A stretch of 64,000 nt of DNA, from NCBI GenBank assembly GCA_965637545.1, contig OZ281501.1, positions 1,860,001-1,924,000 on the forward strand. Reading direction: 5' to 3'. Source of the stretch: Phallusia mammillata (Eukaryota). Positions 13,401 to 27,700 of this stretch are shown in pieces. A model generated the notes under the pieces. The model searched no databases. It was not told where the DNA came from and worked only from the letters and a program-made list of their open reading frames with translations. Each line of letters starts with the position of its first letter. Within the stretch, counting starts at the first letter, position 1. Position numbers and translations under genes: made by a program.

Positions 13401-16400
13401 AATTCTTTGACTGATATCTTCAGAATCACTTGCATATTGTAGAGGTCTAAATACCAGATCGAACGTTAAATTTCCCTGCCGAAACTTTTCAGCAACAGAC
13501 AATCTTCTGCAAACTTTAAAACATAATCGTCCCCTAACCCATGTAATAACCCCGCAGCAGCACCGCGTCTACAACCTGGCATTAATCTCCATCTTAATCT
13601 TATTACACTACTGGTGTTCCAAGTCCTGCTTCTAAAGGGGGAACTAACTACTAAACATCGTGTTACCAAAGACATTTTTTTGCATAAAGTAGCTTCATGT
13701 GTGTTGTAGAGCAGTCATGCGCCACGGTGTTTGGTAACACGCAACATCGAAAATATGTTGATTGTAAAGATATGTGTGATATCATCGTTTTAGATGTACC
13801 GTAGGTTCACTGTTTATGAAGTATAAAACGAAACGTTTTATGTCATAAAATTTATCAGCATTATATTTTGGTCCTAAACACATCGAAAGTTTCCTTTTCT
13901 AATTTCTACTTGAAAATTGCTAATTTCTATGTATAAACAAGTATTGCTCTTCAAACAGGTTTATCATCAACAACTGACGTTTCGACCCACCATAGGAGAC
14001 GCCTTTATCAGGATAATGGCATGTCGTGAAACACCGCGTTTCTATTATAAAGCGACAACAGCATCGGTAACACACAAAACATATTTGTAATAAAGCACCT
14101 CGTTCATACATTATGCCTGGCAGCAACGGCTTATTCATCGAATTTCTATGTTCATGCACTAAAACGAGACTGGAAGTCATAATTTAAATTTCCATGAAAC
14201 CACCAATACGCAAGGACCTTGACCAGACACTTTTACGTCACCGCTCGGGGTATGAATTAAACGTTTGGCGATCGACCTGTTGCCCAGGTTCATGGGCGAT
14301 TGGGATCGTTAAGTGTGTGTGACATCAGATTTACATGGCATTAGCATTGAACGCACGAGTCTTCCTGTCTGCCACAAAGCAAACGTCGTGAGCCGATTAG
14401 CAAGCAGGCGTCGAATTTCTATCGATGTTTGGTGCTACCGACTGATCGCAATTATAATCTAATTAAGTAATGTCGGATTGGGAAAAAAGCTATGACAAAT
14501 CTGTAATGGCCTTCTGAAATTCATTTCTTTCAATTCAGGTGCCAGCGTAAGCCAGACAAGTTACTGGAGAAATCTTTTAGCATAAGGTTTCATGTAATGA
14601 TGGGGATTTGTTATAGAAGCTACTAGTTATCACAGCAGACTAGACATTATTGTGAGCTCAAAAATGTAGTGTTGGTTGCTAGGTGTGTTAACTACAGGCG
14701 TGAGGAATTGTAGTTTTGGGTTAAAATGTCACAGTTTTGTTGTTTGTGATGTACGTTTCATGATATTTGTAATGAATACCTCTCTGACGTTCACAACACT
14801 TTGGTGGAAAATATTCTAGTTGTATCTTGTTGTATTCGGATCTGCGTATATCATAATACAAATCATGAAAGTAGTGACTTGGAACAAAACATAACTTCGA
14901 AAGTTTAACGGTCTAATGTTAATCCAACGTGCGCCTTAACAGCAAAATAAAGAGCAGTAGGGGCAGCTTTAAGTTTGCACGTTTGAAAGTTCTAAAAAAA
15001 TGTTGTTTTTCAAGCCAAAACCAACTCACCATCAGTATAATTTGGATCTGTTTTTTTGACCCCAAACTTGCCAAATCGGCACACGTCACCGTCACGGTTG
15101 GTTGCACAGCGGTGTGTATACTTGCGTGATGCGTTGTAGTCCAGTTTCCCCAGTTTTGTACCAACATTGAGACACCTGTATGTCACTAAGTGATGCGTTT
15201 CAAAACATTTCCCAGTTACCTTTGAAGCACTTTCAACCGGTGCCTGCGTTGCCTGTGAAATTGACATCTCTGATCGTCTCTTATCTCGTCTCCATTGGCA
15301 GTATTTCGTTCATAAGACTGACGTGGTCAAAGGAAACGCTTAGAATTGTTGTTATATTTAGGCTAAGTAGCACTCTTCATACACGACAACTTAATTACCG
15401 TACCGAAAGTCGGTATGCTTCCGTTAATGTAGGCTTATGACAACTAAGATTACATTGTTTTCTGTTTTGTATTACCACATTCCGCACACAATAAAGGAAC
15501 GATTTTTGCTCAGTTTTATTTGAAAAAATATGTTGGACGTTTAATTTTGTTGTGTCTTCTGTCTTGGGACCTTGATTTCCCAGTAGTTTGGCAAGACCCT
15601 GGCATACATATGTCGTGTTGTTTGACCATAACTACCTATAATTATAATCTTATGAGTAGATTTATCCACCACAAAAGTCGTTCATAGGTAAACGTTTTAA
15701 ACTTCTTTGCCTAAACCTGTGACGTTAAACCAGTATTTGATTGTACAAAAGGCGTTAAGAAACGTGATTACGTTGTTATTTGCAAGTTTGTTTGTGGGAG
15801 TTTCGTGACTAGTAGTCTGCCAAAAATCAAAAATTAGTTGGCATTTATTTATGGTAAATATCATGGGTCATTTGTAAGATGCTCATTTAGTATAGGTATA
15901 TACGAACCGATATATACTTATGCATGCATTTTTAGCCCACAACATTGAATATTCATTTGTCGTATGTCAGATTGATTAGTCGGAAACATATTGGTGCCAG
16001 AAAAGACCATCATTGTGTACATCTTTCTTTAATGTGGGCGCAAATCTTTGATGGCACCAACCTGGCGCTCAACAAGTCCGCAGAATCGAGCTCAAACAAA
16101 TCCCTTACTTGCCTTGCGTTCTGGCACCGAAAGCTGTCAAGGAATGCAAACAGTGTCAGCCTGGCCCTTTTATCTCCCTAATGCCCAACAAAGATCGGGC
16201 ATTCTCTGAACTTTTGATCCTTTGGCTTGACCCAGGCACTGCATTGCCCCGATTAGGAGGTTTAGGTCGCTTCCCGAGAGTCATTACGGTCAGTGTTCTA
16301 TTGCCAGGACAATTAAAGTCATCAAAGTGGCACGCGCAGGCGGTTTTACTTGTGATGTGCACAACCTGCAATTAGATTAGGGCTATTTGCTTATACGTTA

Positions 16401-19113
16401 TGCTGTTAAAAAGTCGAAAACATAATCCCCAAAACATATTTTATTAATGGCATTCAAGTTATGTTGTTTTGGTTCTAATATCCCTACATGTTCTCGAAAC
16501 GTGTTTCATTTAAATGTATACACTTATGTTTTAAAGATTTCTGAATGTTTTTTGTACTAATGATCATTCAAATTCCCATTAGTACCACAGTGTTCTCCAC
16601 TCAATGGTATTATTTTTAGTTGAAGTAAGTAGTTTAAGGGAAGCGAAGCGATCACTATTTTTTAACTCGACGTTCGTTACGTGGTTTGAAAAGGTCCTCA
16701 GTAATGTTCTAACGGGTTTATTTGACCCTGACGACACAGTGACGTAGTGTGAACGACCGATTAAGATGATTGACACCTAAGTCGACGCCCATCACCAGGT
16801 GCAAACAGAATTTTATGCTTCCAACAAAATTGCACTGCATTCGTGAGTAGTTGCAGTAACCCCGTGTTTAAATTACACTAATTTTGGCCAACAATTTTAG
16901 ACCAACTTTTCTAAAAACGTAAAAGGTTGTAGTGGTCCCTTACAGAACATATATTTTACTTGAAAGTTTTGTCTGTTAGGACGTTTACTCAATTTCAGAA
17001 AGTCTAAATTTAGCAAATCGCCTTTTAGCAAGTCGTTTTAAATGTTTCCCCGAGGTCCATTCTGGGAACAGACTTTTGATCCCCGAATTCTCTCATACCG
17101 CTTAAATGACAGATCGTACAGTCAGCCAATGTTGCAACACAACACACAATGTATCTTCACATAACACAACCCAATGCTACATTCCCATCCAAGGCGCGTG
17201 GCCAGCTGGTTCGCCACAGACGTTTGGGGTTGGATAGGGCGTTGTGCACGGGAGCTTGTGACCCCAACGGCTTGGGCTAAACAAATAGGTTTAAGTGGTA
17301 CGCTCCGGTTGCAGCCAATGCTGCTTCGTGAGAATATGCTCCAATTATTGCCCACTTCTTTGTGAATGACCTATAAATATGTGCTCTTATGGTTTGTGTG
17401 GAATGTTAAAAAAACCTGGTGTGAAAGATATGTTGGATTGTTTAAATTCTTGATCTTAAATGCCGTTGCCTTTGTTAAATGCAAATTATTGCATACCTGA
17501 AACAAGTAAAACAGCTTAAATGCCGAGTTTTTAGATTTGTGGCCTCCTATAGTAAATTACACTTCCGGGGGAAAGCGCTTTTGGAGACATAGAAGGTTTT
17601 TTGTTTGTTGTTGGTAGATTTACCCAATGTCACCGCAGTGATAGGTTAAGTGGCGTTTAGTCCGTATTTGAACAGTGTGTTTTAACTTGCTACTTTACCT
17701 GTTTTCAGCATATTAACCCCATGTCCTACATAGAAGCTAAGCGGGTAGCGGTAGGCATTCAAATAGAATCCTTGCAAAATTTTGAGGCTGATCGAATCAA
17801 GGTGCGCACTGAGTGCACGCTTGGATGAAACCAAGTCATCTTGGTCGTGGGAAGCTCTCCTCTATCAACGTGCGTTGCTTTTGACGGCATTGCGCTTCCA
17901 TAGCAAATCCGTTGTCACTGCCACTGACTCGTATTACCACCTGGCTATAATCATTTTGGGCGTTCGGACAAGGGCAACAAGAGCTTAAGATGAAGTGAAG
18001 TTGACTGCTGATTATTATCCTGACTGTGTCATCAAACTTGTGGAAATCAAAACTTTTGTTGAAAAGTTGGATAAAGATTTGACGAAACTTGGTCGCAACG
18101 ATTATGTGTTGCGCTTTGCTGCGGCTTCTTGGTGATTTATCGACACTTGAAGAACATAAAGACCGACTGCATTTTTGTGACAAACGGGCGAATCTGCAGG
18201 TAGAGGAAATAAGCAGGTAAGGAAGTTCCTCATGTTGTTTGGCGAGTTTTTTTACTGCATGTTTCCGGCAAATCATAAGCAAAAAAACAATACAAGAATA
18301 TGTTTTTACAAGAGAAAAGCTGGGACTTTTAATAGGTTATCTTTGTCAAACATTTAGCACAAACTATAAAAAACGACTTGTTACATAGTTTTGTCATCGT
18401 AAGTTGTTGACGTTTGTGTTTGTACGATAAATGTAACAATCATCGATCGTCTTTCTGACGGCCATACACCCAGATTCTCTGTGGAACATTGAACGTTTTT
18501 TTAACTACAACAGGGTGAAAGGTGAAGGATCCAAAAAAGTATTTTGGGACTTCAAGTTGTCAAAATGATCGATATAAATTAGGACCTGAAACAGATTCTT
18601 TACTTCTCTGCGTTGTAGGTGAGTGGAGTCGTTTCCTGACAATCCACCAATGCTCTCCTCCCGCATCTTCTACATCCTTCATCCACACCGAATCACGAAT
18701 CTTATACGTCATCAACACCACGTCATTTCCGATCTCCGAAACCCGGCGCTCCACCTAGTGTCCTGTATAACGTCACATACTGTTCTGAGGTAAGCCACAT
18801 GTTTAGGCTTGTGTTGTTTCTGTTTCGTTTAAAATAGTGTTTCTCAAACTGTGGTGTACGGACAACATAGGGGTTGTAATACTTTGGTTGTGTCCGTAAG
18901 TACACAAAATCATTTTTAAGGTTTTCTTTATCTTATGAAATGCCACACTAAGAGCCTAGTTAAGATCAACATCAATTCATAACTTGGATCAGCCCTGTAG
19001 CGTCTATGCAGACCAGCGATCGCGGCACATTCATATGTAAGACACGGTACGCGACCCTCATTGAAGGCGCCATACCGAATCAGCCGGTCACCAAGCATTG
19101 AATGTGACTACGA

Positions 19114-19224
19114 GGGGCAGGAACCTGGCCGAATGGTCTGGCGCGCCTGACCCACATACAGACATAAAAAACCTTGATCGGGATTCGTCCCCGGGAGTGT
19201 CCTGGGTTCGAACCCCGTGAAAAA
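19114..19224 (+). mobile_element. tRNA-derived short SINE or tRNA retrocopy, ~111 bp, 13-bp TSD
   Basis: A-box TGGCCGAATGGT (19126-19137), B-box GGGTTCGAACCC (19204-19215), variable-arm-like hairpin CGGG-ATTCGTC-CCCG, short A tail. Identical flanks AATGTGACTACGA at 19101-19113 and 19225-19237. No acceptor-stem pairing, so not a functional tRNA. Confidence 0.8.
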
Positions 19225-22200
19225 AATGTGACTACGAAACCAGTTTATTAAAACTGACATATTTTTGACTTCCTAGTATATTTTGAAAAGTCTTAGAATT
19301 TAAGTCAAGACTGCATCAGGTTAGTTTTTGGTCCAATTAAATTGAAAAAAACGAGCCCGTTCTTACACGGAACAGCTCGTTTTAGACAAAGCTTGAGCCA
19401 TACGCTTTGGTTAATGCGGTAATGCCTATTAAACGATTCTGCTCGGCCGAGCGGCTGATGATGCAGTTCGTGTTTAAATCCGCTCAGAGTTGCAGCAGCG
19501 TCACGCATGGCTACATTCGTGGCACGTGGTTTAAGGCAAACCGGTCGCACCCGCGTGTGCTCGTATCAGGTCAAAGTATTAGTGGTAAAAACTGGTTGAT
19601 GCCAAAACCGTAATCTGTAGAAGAAATCCGAAATCCTTGCTTTGCCTTTTTTCGCGTCACACTTGGGTTTATCACTGTTCCAGTTATATTTACTTCTAGT
19701 CCCAGACCAATGTACTCACTATTAGGTTACAATCATTTTATGGAAAACTAAATTGAAACTTGGGTTTTTTGTTTTGAAACTTATTTGAGACCATAAACCT
19801 TGCATGCACAAGTAACCCACCGAAACGCTATATGATGGTTTCAGATTATTCCCAAACTTTAGCACATTTTTAAAAATCCAAATGGCCCGGTTTCGTAAAT
19901 AAACCGAATACACAAATACAACTTAGCGGGTTAAATTTAGATGCGCCTGCGGTAGGAGCAGTATAAATTGCCCATAGGCATTAAACTTGTTACGAACTGC
20001 ATCTTGTTCTTGGCAAACTTCGTTGCCTATTAAGTATGGTACCCGGTTATAAACACAAAGGAGTTGACTGAGAAGAACTTAAAGATCAAACTGACATATT
20101 TACTAAACCTTTCCCGGTTGTGTATTACTGTTTCCGCAAAATTTGCCTGGTTGCGCGAATGCCGAGGTTTCAGATTCGCACAAAGTAATGTTACAATAAA
20201 AAACATCCGCTCCCGGCGACATTTTCTCTCCACGGCAGCCATAACAAACCAACGAGTAGCGAAAAAATGAGTCAGATTACGGGGTCAAAGGAGAACCTGA
20301 AATAAACAATTCCGTCTCTGAGGTTAACTTAGCTCTGGTGGAGCTGATAAGAATCTTAAGAGCAAAACCGGGGCATAAATTCTCCGCTAGGGGCGATAAA
20401 GCGCCACCGGCGTCATCGTCCCTCAATAGAAAGTGACGTAAGCGGTGACGAAACCGCAATGGAGCGTGTAATTTGCCGGTGGCAACGTCAACGAAGCGTT
20501 GTGCTGAAACCACGTGAAGCGTAGAGATTGGGTCTCATATTGCAGCTGCAACTGTGGTCGCTACGATGCGCCAGCTATTAGAGCGAATATATGGTTACGC
20601 GTTCTGCTCTTTACCGTTTCATAACAACACAAGGCCAATGACGTTGTTGCTTGGTTGGTTTTGGGTTCCGCTATGTGATGTCTGTTCCGATGACGTAACG
20701 TTTCCAGAAATTTTGACTGTTATCGAATTTTCTGGTTTCACGCATTTTATCAGTGCATTTTGCAGTGAAATTGTTGAACAATATTTAGTACTTTTGTTCC
20801 GGCAGGTAGTTTCAATTTCTTTGACATATGCATCGCAAGACTTTCTTTTATCATTTTAACACACAATTTTACACTTACGTACGTTAGCCGCAAACTCTTA
20901 AAAATCGGGGAAAAAATAAAAATATAAAAGGGCAACCTGCATTTAGGATCTTAGAAATTGCATTAGGTTTTGTGTTTTCTCTTTATTTGACATGTGTGAT
21001 TATTTTTCGAAACACAAAGTTAATTGAAAGTAAACAGGTGAACTGCGGTGAACTGAAATACATTAGTTGTGTAATGGGGTGGAAATGAAGAAATTTGAGA
21101 AAACAGGTTCTATATTGTGTGTTCGAGACAGTTTTCATATTAGCTTGCACTTTTCTTGCTTTGCAAAGCTGTTACTGTCCGCATTGTTTTCTTAGCCTGG
21201 TAATTTTGCAGCTAAAGTAACAAGTACACAAACACGGTCTTAAAAGTAACCTAATTATTAACAAGTTTGCATTAAATTAGTGTACCACATAGTCATATTA
21301 ACTTTGTAACTCAACTTTTATCATCACCATGAGATGTTAAAGTAACTTGTGCGGGCGCAAGTGGTCCCCCAATGAATAACTATTGGTATGGAAATCGGAA
21401 ATATATGACATAGAAATAACTTGGTCAGTATTTCTTACCGATCAATACTATCAACATCATTCAATATTATCAATCAACGCTACGCAAGAATTCCAAAACT
21501 TGCAGACCCACCGTTGTGGTTTATCTTTTAAGCTTGCCCAGATTAACCCGCTAATACCGCTTGTACGAGGTGAACGTCTTCAGCGACAACCTGGAATTGA
21601 GCCAGCCTAACCTTTATGTACAGATTGAAATTAGTTGTTTGGTGAAAGTAAGGCATTTGCCCCGTTCTTAAGCTTAAGTTTTCTCGAAAGATCGAAGATG
21701 GATTGGTCGGTTTGTGGGGTCGCCTTAGTGACCTGTAAAAAACTTTTAAACCTTAGTTTATTTTAGTTTTCAATTTGAGCACCCTGTCACAGACAAGTGT
21801 TTTGTTTTTTGCCGGTTTGTGGTTTATATTGGAAACATATTGGGAACTGATTGCAAACAGATGGAATTGGTGACCAAAACTTACTAATATTGGTTGGCAA
21901 AACGATTTTTCCATTGTGCTTGATGGGTTACAAGTTTATCTGACGTTGGTGATACTTCGTCTTCGATGTCAATAGAATTTACATATTGCGTAAAAACGTT
22001 ACGTACTTACCAAGTGAACACCACAACCACCAAACTTTTGCAACCGATGTTGATGCAAGGCCTCTTGTGTCATATATCAGCGGGGGCGTTCGTTCCCAAC
22101 CCGCACCACTCGAAGTCAGTTCACACGTGAAGAAAGCGTGCCCTGGCAATTGTGACCTAACAACGATGCAACGAAATTCGACCTGGCTTTCGAATGCCTC

Positions 22201-24733
22201 GATTGCCAAAAATAACCAAACAACCCAAAAGTCCGGTGCCTAGATTTGATGTCGTAGGTTGAGATTCTAATATCATGTCGTCTCGTTTCTTTGCACCTCG
22301 AGTGCTCGTAATATCTTCTTGCACACAAAACGATAGCTCGGTCACGGAGTTGTATAAACTGCCTCTTGATGAATGTTTGCAGTGTAAGAGATATCTCTCC
22401 CTCTCTGGAGTACCATGACGTCGTCAATACCAATTTGTAGGACGGAAATAGAGGGACTGGGAACGTGTTAGGGATGCCCTTGTGTAAAATTTGAACTTTT
22501 GTGCGGTCTGATTTCACATCATACTGGACATAACCGAACATTCTAAATATATTCTCCTGACTATAATGGTGAAACAATATACCTGAACGCAACATGTTTT
22601 TAGTGTTTATTTCAACACGATGGTAGCCAATGCCAGAAGTTAAAGTTCACACCTTTTTCCCAGAGTACGTCATTTTTAGCGGAATAGATTTTTACACATT
22701 TAATACGCATTTTTAAGCTGTGTTACCTTACGATCTCGTTGCTTATAAATTTAGCAATTTCTGTAGCTCGACCCGTAACCGTAAATGTTAAAAAATATGC
22801 TCAATAAATAACCCATTTATTCTCTAAGCTATCTTGAAAATTTGTTTTGGGTTATGATTGGTTTATTACTTTTAACCTCAAACATCCACTCTACCTTTAT
22901 CGTTGACACGTTTTAAGGCAAACAATAGGCAAAATACATTTGAACGTGGTCAATTTTGATCCATTATGACGCCATAGAAATGTTGCCGACAACATAACGA
23001 GCTTTGACGCGGGTATTCAGGCGTGAAAATGCATCTGCAACAACACTGTGCACATTGTCGTAACTGTTGTTTTACAAAATAGGAGGTCGTCGCCTTAAGA
23101 TTAGGGCTTGGCAACTCTCAGAACATCTGTTCCTTGTTGGAAGTGACACCCAGTTTTGAAGCCCTTGACAGGACAATGCTGGCTTTTGTTGTGTTCTGAA
23201 CCGCGATAACAGTTCGTTTCCGTTTGCTGGCTTGGGTGGCGGCCCGTGCACGTGCGCAGTTGCGTCCCAGTCTTGCAACGTTTGTATCATGTAACAGTGA
23301 CACCAAATGTGATGTCATCTGGTGAAAAACGTTTATGGGTTGCGAATGTGAATTCCCATTTTTAAAAATGTTTTATTGCGTTAACTTTAAGCCAACTTTA
23401 AATTTGTACAAAGCAAAGCAAGTGCTGCAGATCTTATTATTGATTTGTTTTATCGTTATTTTCACTGGTAATGTATTCTGGACACCAAAGATTGATTTTG
23501 CCTGTTTTGTGTTCAAAATGCATTGATGCACTCTACTACTTCTTCCGTTCCCCTTAGACATTTTATTTTCGCTTTTCATATCTATTGTGTATTCTACGAT
23601 TCCCGTCAGGACGCTTGTGGACCTTTAATAGGCGACATTAGCGCTTTCTTGAGACTTAACAGCAAACCAAACTCCAACAACTTCAAAGTTCTTGGTTGCG
23701 TTAACACAAACCGCCCTTGGTAGCTGGACCCAAGGTTACATGCACCTGTAGTGCATAAAACTGCAGGAGCAGCTGTATAACAAAGCCAGCTCTTGTTCTT
23801 GTCAGAACTTAGCCAGTAGCTACCTCGCGCTCAGTTGGCAGCGTGGGAAGCGCTATGATAACCCGCCTGCCACTGGTAACCCGACCTTGCCACACAACTG
23901 CGTCTGTCGCTATGCAGTGCTGCCCCCTTAACGCACTTTCAACTGTCGCTGATTGGCTTGGCTTGATGTGGTCTGGGAACAGCAAGAGTTACGCTTGTAA
24001 GAGCTCGCCGTTTTTGCCAAGGCGGCCTGGGTTGGTTGCGCCTGATTGCTTACAATGACCCATTTACAGGGAATAAGTTTGTCTTGGAACGTTAGTCGGA
24101 TCATAAGGTCATATGGGACAAAACGTGCTAACACCTCTTAAACCTTCACATGTCTAAATCCGCATTTGCATTTCTACGCTTGTACATCCAACGTGTGCGT
24201 TTGATCAATCTACCATCATATGCCTCAGAGTTTACCCATTGACCTTTGCAAAAGTCCCCGGCTCTTGGCGACGTTTCCTTTCATATCAACTCTATCAGGG
24301 AGTCTTTTCAATTCCATATTTCGCCCATTGAATGTAAAATTTGACCCAAGACAGCAAAGTTCAATCCTCGAGTCACCGATAACTCATTGAGGAAGTCCTT
24401 GGCTGTCCCGGGCACCACATGTCTGTCAGCAAGAATGCATCGCAGAACAGGAGCGGAAAAGCTCCATGATTCGCTATCTGGTCATGAGGATTAGATGACG
24501 AAGGCCCACAAATGGCGATGTAACTTTCGAGCGCCTGCTATCAAAGGTTTCCGTATTGCACTACCTCATTTTCGCAATTGCCATGTTGGTGTCGTGTCAA
24601 GAAGTGATCTTTTATTGCATAAACCATGAGTTGACACGCGCCAATTCGGTGGTTACAGCAGTTTCGACAGCTAAAATACCTTGATGCTAAATTCATTTTT
24701 GAGTTGAAGGATTGAAAGGAGAAATAATAAGAA

Positions 24734-27700
24734 ATGAAGTGGGGAAGGTAAATTGAGTCGAATGTATCAGTTTATTCAATTGATCACATCTTATCCTTAG
24801 ATGATGTATGTTTGATGGCACGCGTGTTTAAACGTTTCTTCGATGTCCCAACGTGCTTTAAAGGCGTCTGATGTTAGATCCTAAACAAGTTTTGGCTTGG
24901 CAGATCAGATGTCACAAAATACATAATTTGCTGCTGCGTATTATATTAATACTTGTTATCTATTGCACTATTTGAAAGATATTGGTTTTTCTCATTTGAT
25001 GCCCGAATCGTGCAGGTTTCACAAAGTGTACTGTGTAACGTTTGTCTACAGTTAATACTCTTTGTGTGTAACGGAAATTAGCTAAGAATTCGCATATGAG
25101 GAAACAATTTTTGTTACAGTCACCGCCTCCGGCAAGCGCTACGCAATTTGATTCAACATTTATGTCCGTCGCTCTAAGTGGCTTCAGATCGAATTTGTAA
25201 CTTTGTAATGAAGATATGAGCAATCGTACGGCACCTGATGCGTTTAAATCTCGTCTGATCCCGTGTAATCATGTAAACATGAATGCGTGTCAGCTGGTTC
25301 GATGACCTTCCTATTTGCACTTAACCGGTCAAGTTGCACCTTACATGTCTTCCTGCGTGGCAGTTGAATATTGGCTAAAGGTCTTATTTTCGCCAGATTT
25401 AAAAACTTAATGAAGTGATGGATAGATTTGAGTCAATAGGAATGTTAAGTGAAATATACGAAACTTTTTGGTTGAAATTTACACAGGATTTTTTCTTAAA
25501 AACTATCATTTTGAAACGTTTCCCTGTTTGCAAAAATGCAACCAAATTAGCTTGTAGGCTAGTATAGCATACTTTTAGGCTTATTATAGGCATATTGAGC
25601 TGATGGGTCTCAAAAATCTAAAAATATAAAGTTTAGTTGGGTCGCGTCAAAAAAAAGTTTGGCAACTACAATTCTAGGGCATTAACAGTATCGATCACTT
25701 TTATCGTTCTTGGTTAAAACTTGGAGGATTGTTTATACTTGTACTGTATCTTTCATCTACCTGTTTGTGTATTTTTACATTTTGTTAAATCTTACTTTCA
25801 CTCGATGGTGAATTGTAGTTTGACCGATAAAAAGGGCCCATAAAACGCAATAAACTACTAGGCGGATAAGCATATGCGTAACTATTGCATGAAGTGGATT
25901 CAATTAAAATATAATTTGATTTTAGCAAAACGTTTTACTTGGAAAACAAATGCTGTTACTTTTGTTTTTTAGAATCCTTATCTTTCTGTTCGTGTTTGGA
26001 TTTGCATCGTCATCGCCAACCACCTTTTCATCATCCCAAGGCAAGTTACGTTTTATAACAACATTGTTTTGCTGTTGTTGCTTGGTAACACTATAGATAT
26101 GAACTTGAACTTTAGCTTGATAAAAATCATGACGCAGAACGTGTATATAGTAAAAACAATGTAATGCACCATGCTCTCATTAGATGTTTTTTTGGCATTT
26201 TAATTCTTTTGTGTCGTCATAGTGTAAAAGTGTGTGTTGTGATTGGTTAAAATTAACATTTTTTGGTTAAACAAACATGGTTAAAACCCTAATAGCAAAG
26301 AGATTGAATATAAGAGTTTTATAGAATAAAACCTGCGCCGCGTTTTGACTTTCTACTTGCGAGCGTCGTCTTGCGGCCTTAAGTTTTGTTATTTATATCT
26401 GCTGGGTGGCGCGAATGCGCAGTTGCGTTACATGTCATGTCATAGACCTGCTAATTGTGCATTGCTACCAAGCGTTTAAGGAACAACTTGTATACCTTGA
26501 GATTGTAAACAGAACAGGCCAAATTCAGATCTAGGAATGCCGTTGGCATATTTAAACTGTGCTAGTTTGAACTGTGTAGGAAACCGGCTGCGATTCTCTC
26601 AAATGAGTACATCAGGATAATTAGTTGAGTCACGCTTTACAAGGAATTGTTTAGTTTAGAAACAAGTTGGGACTGAAAACTGTTTATTCTGATGTTGTTA
26701 TTTACTGGGGTGTTCGTTTACCTAGAAAATCTGATGTGCTTTTGGAACGATGTTCAAAACCCATAAACGTTTTAAAACCTAAGTTAGGATACTACATCCA
26801 ATAATTCGTTGTTAAACTTGCATATAGTTCTTTTATACCACGTCATATTTTTTACAATTGCATATATATATATAAGTCGTGTAGGTGTTGTAAATTGAGC
26901 AGGCAACCGGCAAACGACGAAATAACTAAGGAGGTCACCAGCCACCCGCATACACAGATACATATAAAAAGCAAAAGAACTGCTGCCATCCTTTTGGCAT
27001 AATTAAATTATTGTGAACAAGTTTCGAAAAAATACACGAACGTCATAAGTCACATTCTTTAAAAGCCTGACAGTAGAACCTTTAGAGTTTGGACCAATAA
27101 GTTATAAAAATTTGTTTAAATAGACATAGCTTGTATCTTAAATTTAACAGTTATCGTACCGATCTGGTTGTCAAAGTGACTGTTACCAGTCGTAACAGGA
27201 ATTAAAAATGTATGATTTATTCCTAGTTTAATTTTAATTTAGTATGATGTAAGGATTGAATGCAAAAAGTACAAAGTTTTGAACTGTTTCCCATTAAACC
27301 TCACCCGCATGTGGAATAGTACCTCGCCGATAATGACGTCATGCATTTCTCGGCCTGGCCCAGTATTGGAAGTTTCTGGATCCAACCTCCTGACGATATG
27401 CAGACTTTTTGCGGTATATACACCCTATGCTAAAAGTGGAGCCAAGTTGCGAACTCACTGGAATCGTTATATATATATCGCTGAGCGTGATGCAGAATTT
27501 AGTCAGCCCAATTCAATAGTCGGGATAGACAGAGTCGGTTTGAGTTAAGTTTATAACGTAAGTGGTGAAAAAAATGATCTGTTTAATGGCTTTGCAACTT
27601 GAAATTAAAAAGGTTTGTCACGTGTTTGCTATAGACTGTTTCAAACATGTTTAATGAAATAGTGATTTGTTTTGGTCGATTCGTTCGTGTTTGCATTGTG

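Noticed and set aside
13974-14011. Second hammerhead-like motif on the minus strand (CTGATAA...GGTCGAAACGTC)
   Set aside because: Core G8 is changed and neither stem I nor stem II pairs; at most a decayed remnant.
22116-22595. 159-aa minus-strand ORF and overlapping short ORFs
   Set aside because: No recognisable domain or coherent exon chain; consistent with chance.
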